Shown: positions 26,489 to 27,721 of the stretch, piece by piece
Layout: every line of letters begins with the position of its first letter
How positions within the stretch are numbered: position 1 is the first letter of the stretch
IMG/VR virus record: IMGVR_UViG_3300008093_000049
Location: 1 to 27,721 of that record
Direction: 5' to 3' (one strand)
Source of the DNA: a virus
Lineage: Duplodnaviria > Caudoviricetes
Length of the DNA: 27,721 bases
Position numbers and translations under genes: made by a program
The notes under the pieces: generated by a model
The model's database searches: none
Told to the model about the DNA's origin: nothing
Seen by the model: only the letters and a program-made list of their open reading frames with translations

Positions 26489-26604
26489 ATAATATAACAA
26501 TAAACTATAAAATATTAGTTGAGGAAAATAATAAAAAAAGAACTGTTAAAAAGTTTAAAACTGGATTTAGGGATTATGTTTTTATTCATAAGGACAAAGT
26601 ATGA
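26485..26604 (+). CDS. 39-aa basic hypothetical protein (MNNITINYKILVEENNKKRTVKKFKTGFRDYVFIHKDKV)
   Basis: ATGA overlaps at both ends and an AAGGA RBS. It fills the gap exactly. Confidence 0.6.
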   Translation: MNNITINYKILVEENNKKRTVKKFKTGFRDYVFIHKDKV

Positions 26605-27344
26605 TTACTCTAACAGGATCAGAAGGATTTATTGGTAGTGCAATTAAAACTGTATTACCTATATCTAAATCAATTGATTTAAAATTAGGATTAGATTATG
26701 GATCTATTTCCCTTAGTAAGGGAGTTTTAATTCATTGTGGTGCAACTGCTAATGTAGTTGATGCGGAAAACAACAAAGAACAAGCATATGAAAACAATGT
26801 GAAAAAAACTATAAAACTATTAGAAAATAACAATTGGGATAGGCTCATATTTTTTAGCAGTGCGGCAGCTAATAATGCAAGTGGCAGTTATTATGGTTAT
26901 ACCAAATTAACTATTGAAGAATACATTAAAAGCAATATACAGAATTATACAATAGTTAGACCCTATAATGTTGTAGGATATTATCCTGGTATTGAACAAA
27001 TAAGCCCAAATAATTTAATTCCATCAATAAAGCGTAATATTATTAATCGAACAAAAATGCAAGTATATGGTAAAGGTGTGATACGAGATTATATTGATGT
27101 TATGGATGTTGCTAAAACTGTTCAATATATTATAAAAAATGATATAAAAGGCTGTTATGATTTATGTAGCGGTTTAGGAAGAACAACAGAAAGTGTGTTG
27201 CAAGACTTGTGTATTGATTATGAAGTAATGGATACTAGAATTGGAGATGCTAATAAATTGATAGGTCGTAAATATTTTGAAACAACAGTTGATTGGAATA
27301 CTACGATAAAATGTTTAAAGGCTTATTTGAATGATTATGAATAA
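26601..27344 (+). CDS. NAD-dependent nucleotide-sugar epimerase/dehydratase (extended SDR, GalE-like)
   Basis: TGSEGFIG, FFSSAA, YGYTK (YxxxK), RPYNVVG and RDYIDVMDVA. Confidence 0.9.
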   Translation: MITLTGSEGFIGSAIKTVLPISKSIDLKLGLDYGSISLSKGVLIHCGATANVVDAENNKEQAYENNVKKTIKLLENNNWDRLIFFSSAAANNASGSYYGYTKLTIEEYIKSNIQNYTIVRPYNVVGYYPGIEQISPNNLIPSIKRNIINRTKMQVYGKGVIRDYIDVMDVAKTVQYIIKNDIKGCYDLCSGLGRTTESVLQDLCIDYEVMDTRIGDANKLIGRKYFETTVDWNTTIKCLKAYLNDYE

Positions 27345-27348
27345 TTAT

Positions 27349-27721
27349 GGATATGATATGAACATGATATGAATATGATATGAATCATGAATATGAATAT
27401 GATATGAATATGAACATGATTTGAATCATGAATATGATATGAATATGAATATGATATGAATATGATATGAATATGAATATGATATGAATATGATATGAAT
27501 ATGATATGAATATGGACATTATTTGAATCATGAATATGGACATGATTTGAATATGGACATGATTTGAACCATGAATATGATATGATTTGAATCATGAATA
27601 TGATATGAATATGGATATGATTTGAACATGATATGAATATGATTTGAATATGATATGAATATGGACATGATTTGAATATGATTTGAATATGATTTGAATA
27701 TGATTTGAATATGAACATGAT
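27349..27721. repeat. Irregular tandem array of 5-7-nt words, runs to the window end
   Basis: Parses without gaps into GAATAT, GATAT, GATTT, GAACAT, GGACAT, GGATAT, GAATCAT, GAACCAT and one TATTT. Confidence 0.97.

Noticed and set aside
27335-27718. 127-aa His/Ile-rich minus-strand ORF
   Set aside because: The repeat words contain almost no stop codons on this strand, so an open frame is expected by chance. The sequence switches between the three translations of the repeat.
1-27721. Stop-codon reassignment
   Set aside because: Genes are full length and tightly packed under the standard bacterial code.

Overview
AT-rich tailed-phage (Caudoviricetes) DNA. A continuous minus-strand siphovirus morphogenesis operon runs from about 24.1 kb down to 2.6 kb: TerS candidate, TerL, portal, scaffold, major capsid, head-tail joining genes, tail tube, frameshifting tail chaperones, tape measure, then an RcGTA/alphaproteobacterial-type tail tip (DUF2460 Dit, DUF2163 hub, NlpC/P60, megatron, DUF2793 fibre) and accessory fibre-like genes. 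The left arm has a repeat-rich non-coding region and a T4 gp55-like sigma factor gene. Exact T4 late-promoter boxes (TATAAATA) lie in intergenic gaps of the structural operon on the correct strand. My best candidate for an undescribed system is therefore a T4-type late-sigma regulon driving a GTA-like siphoviral virion module. The right arm has small sigma70-driven genes, an HTH protein, a structured non-coding stretch, a glycosyltransferase plus epimerase, and an irregular short-word repeat array that runs off the window end. I see no replication, integration or lysis genes, tRNAs or CRISPR array. All family assignments come from motifs recognised by eye and from gene order, not from database searches.
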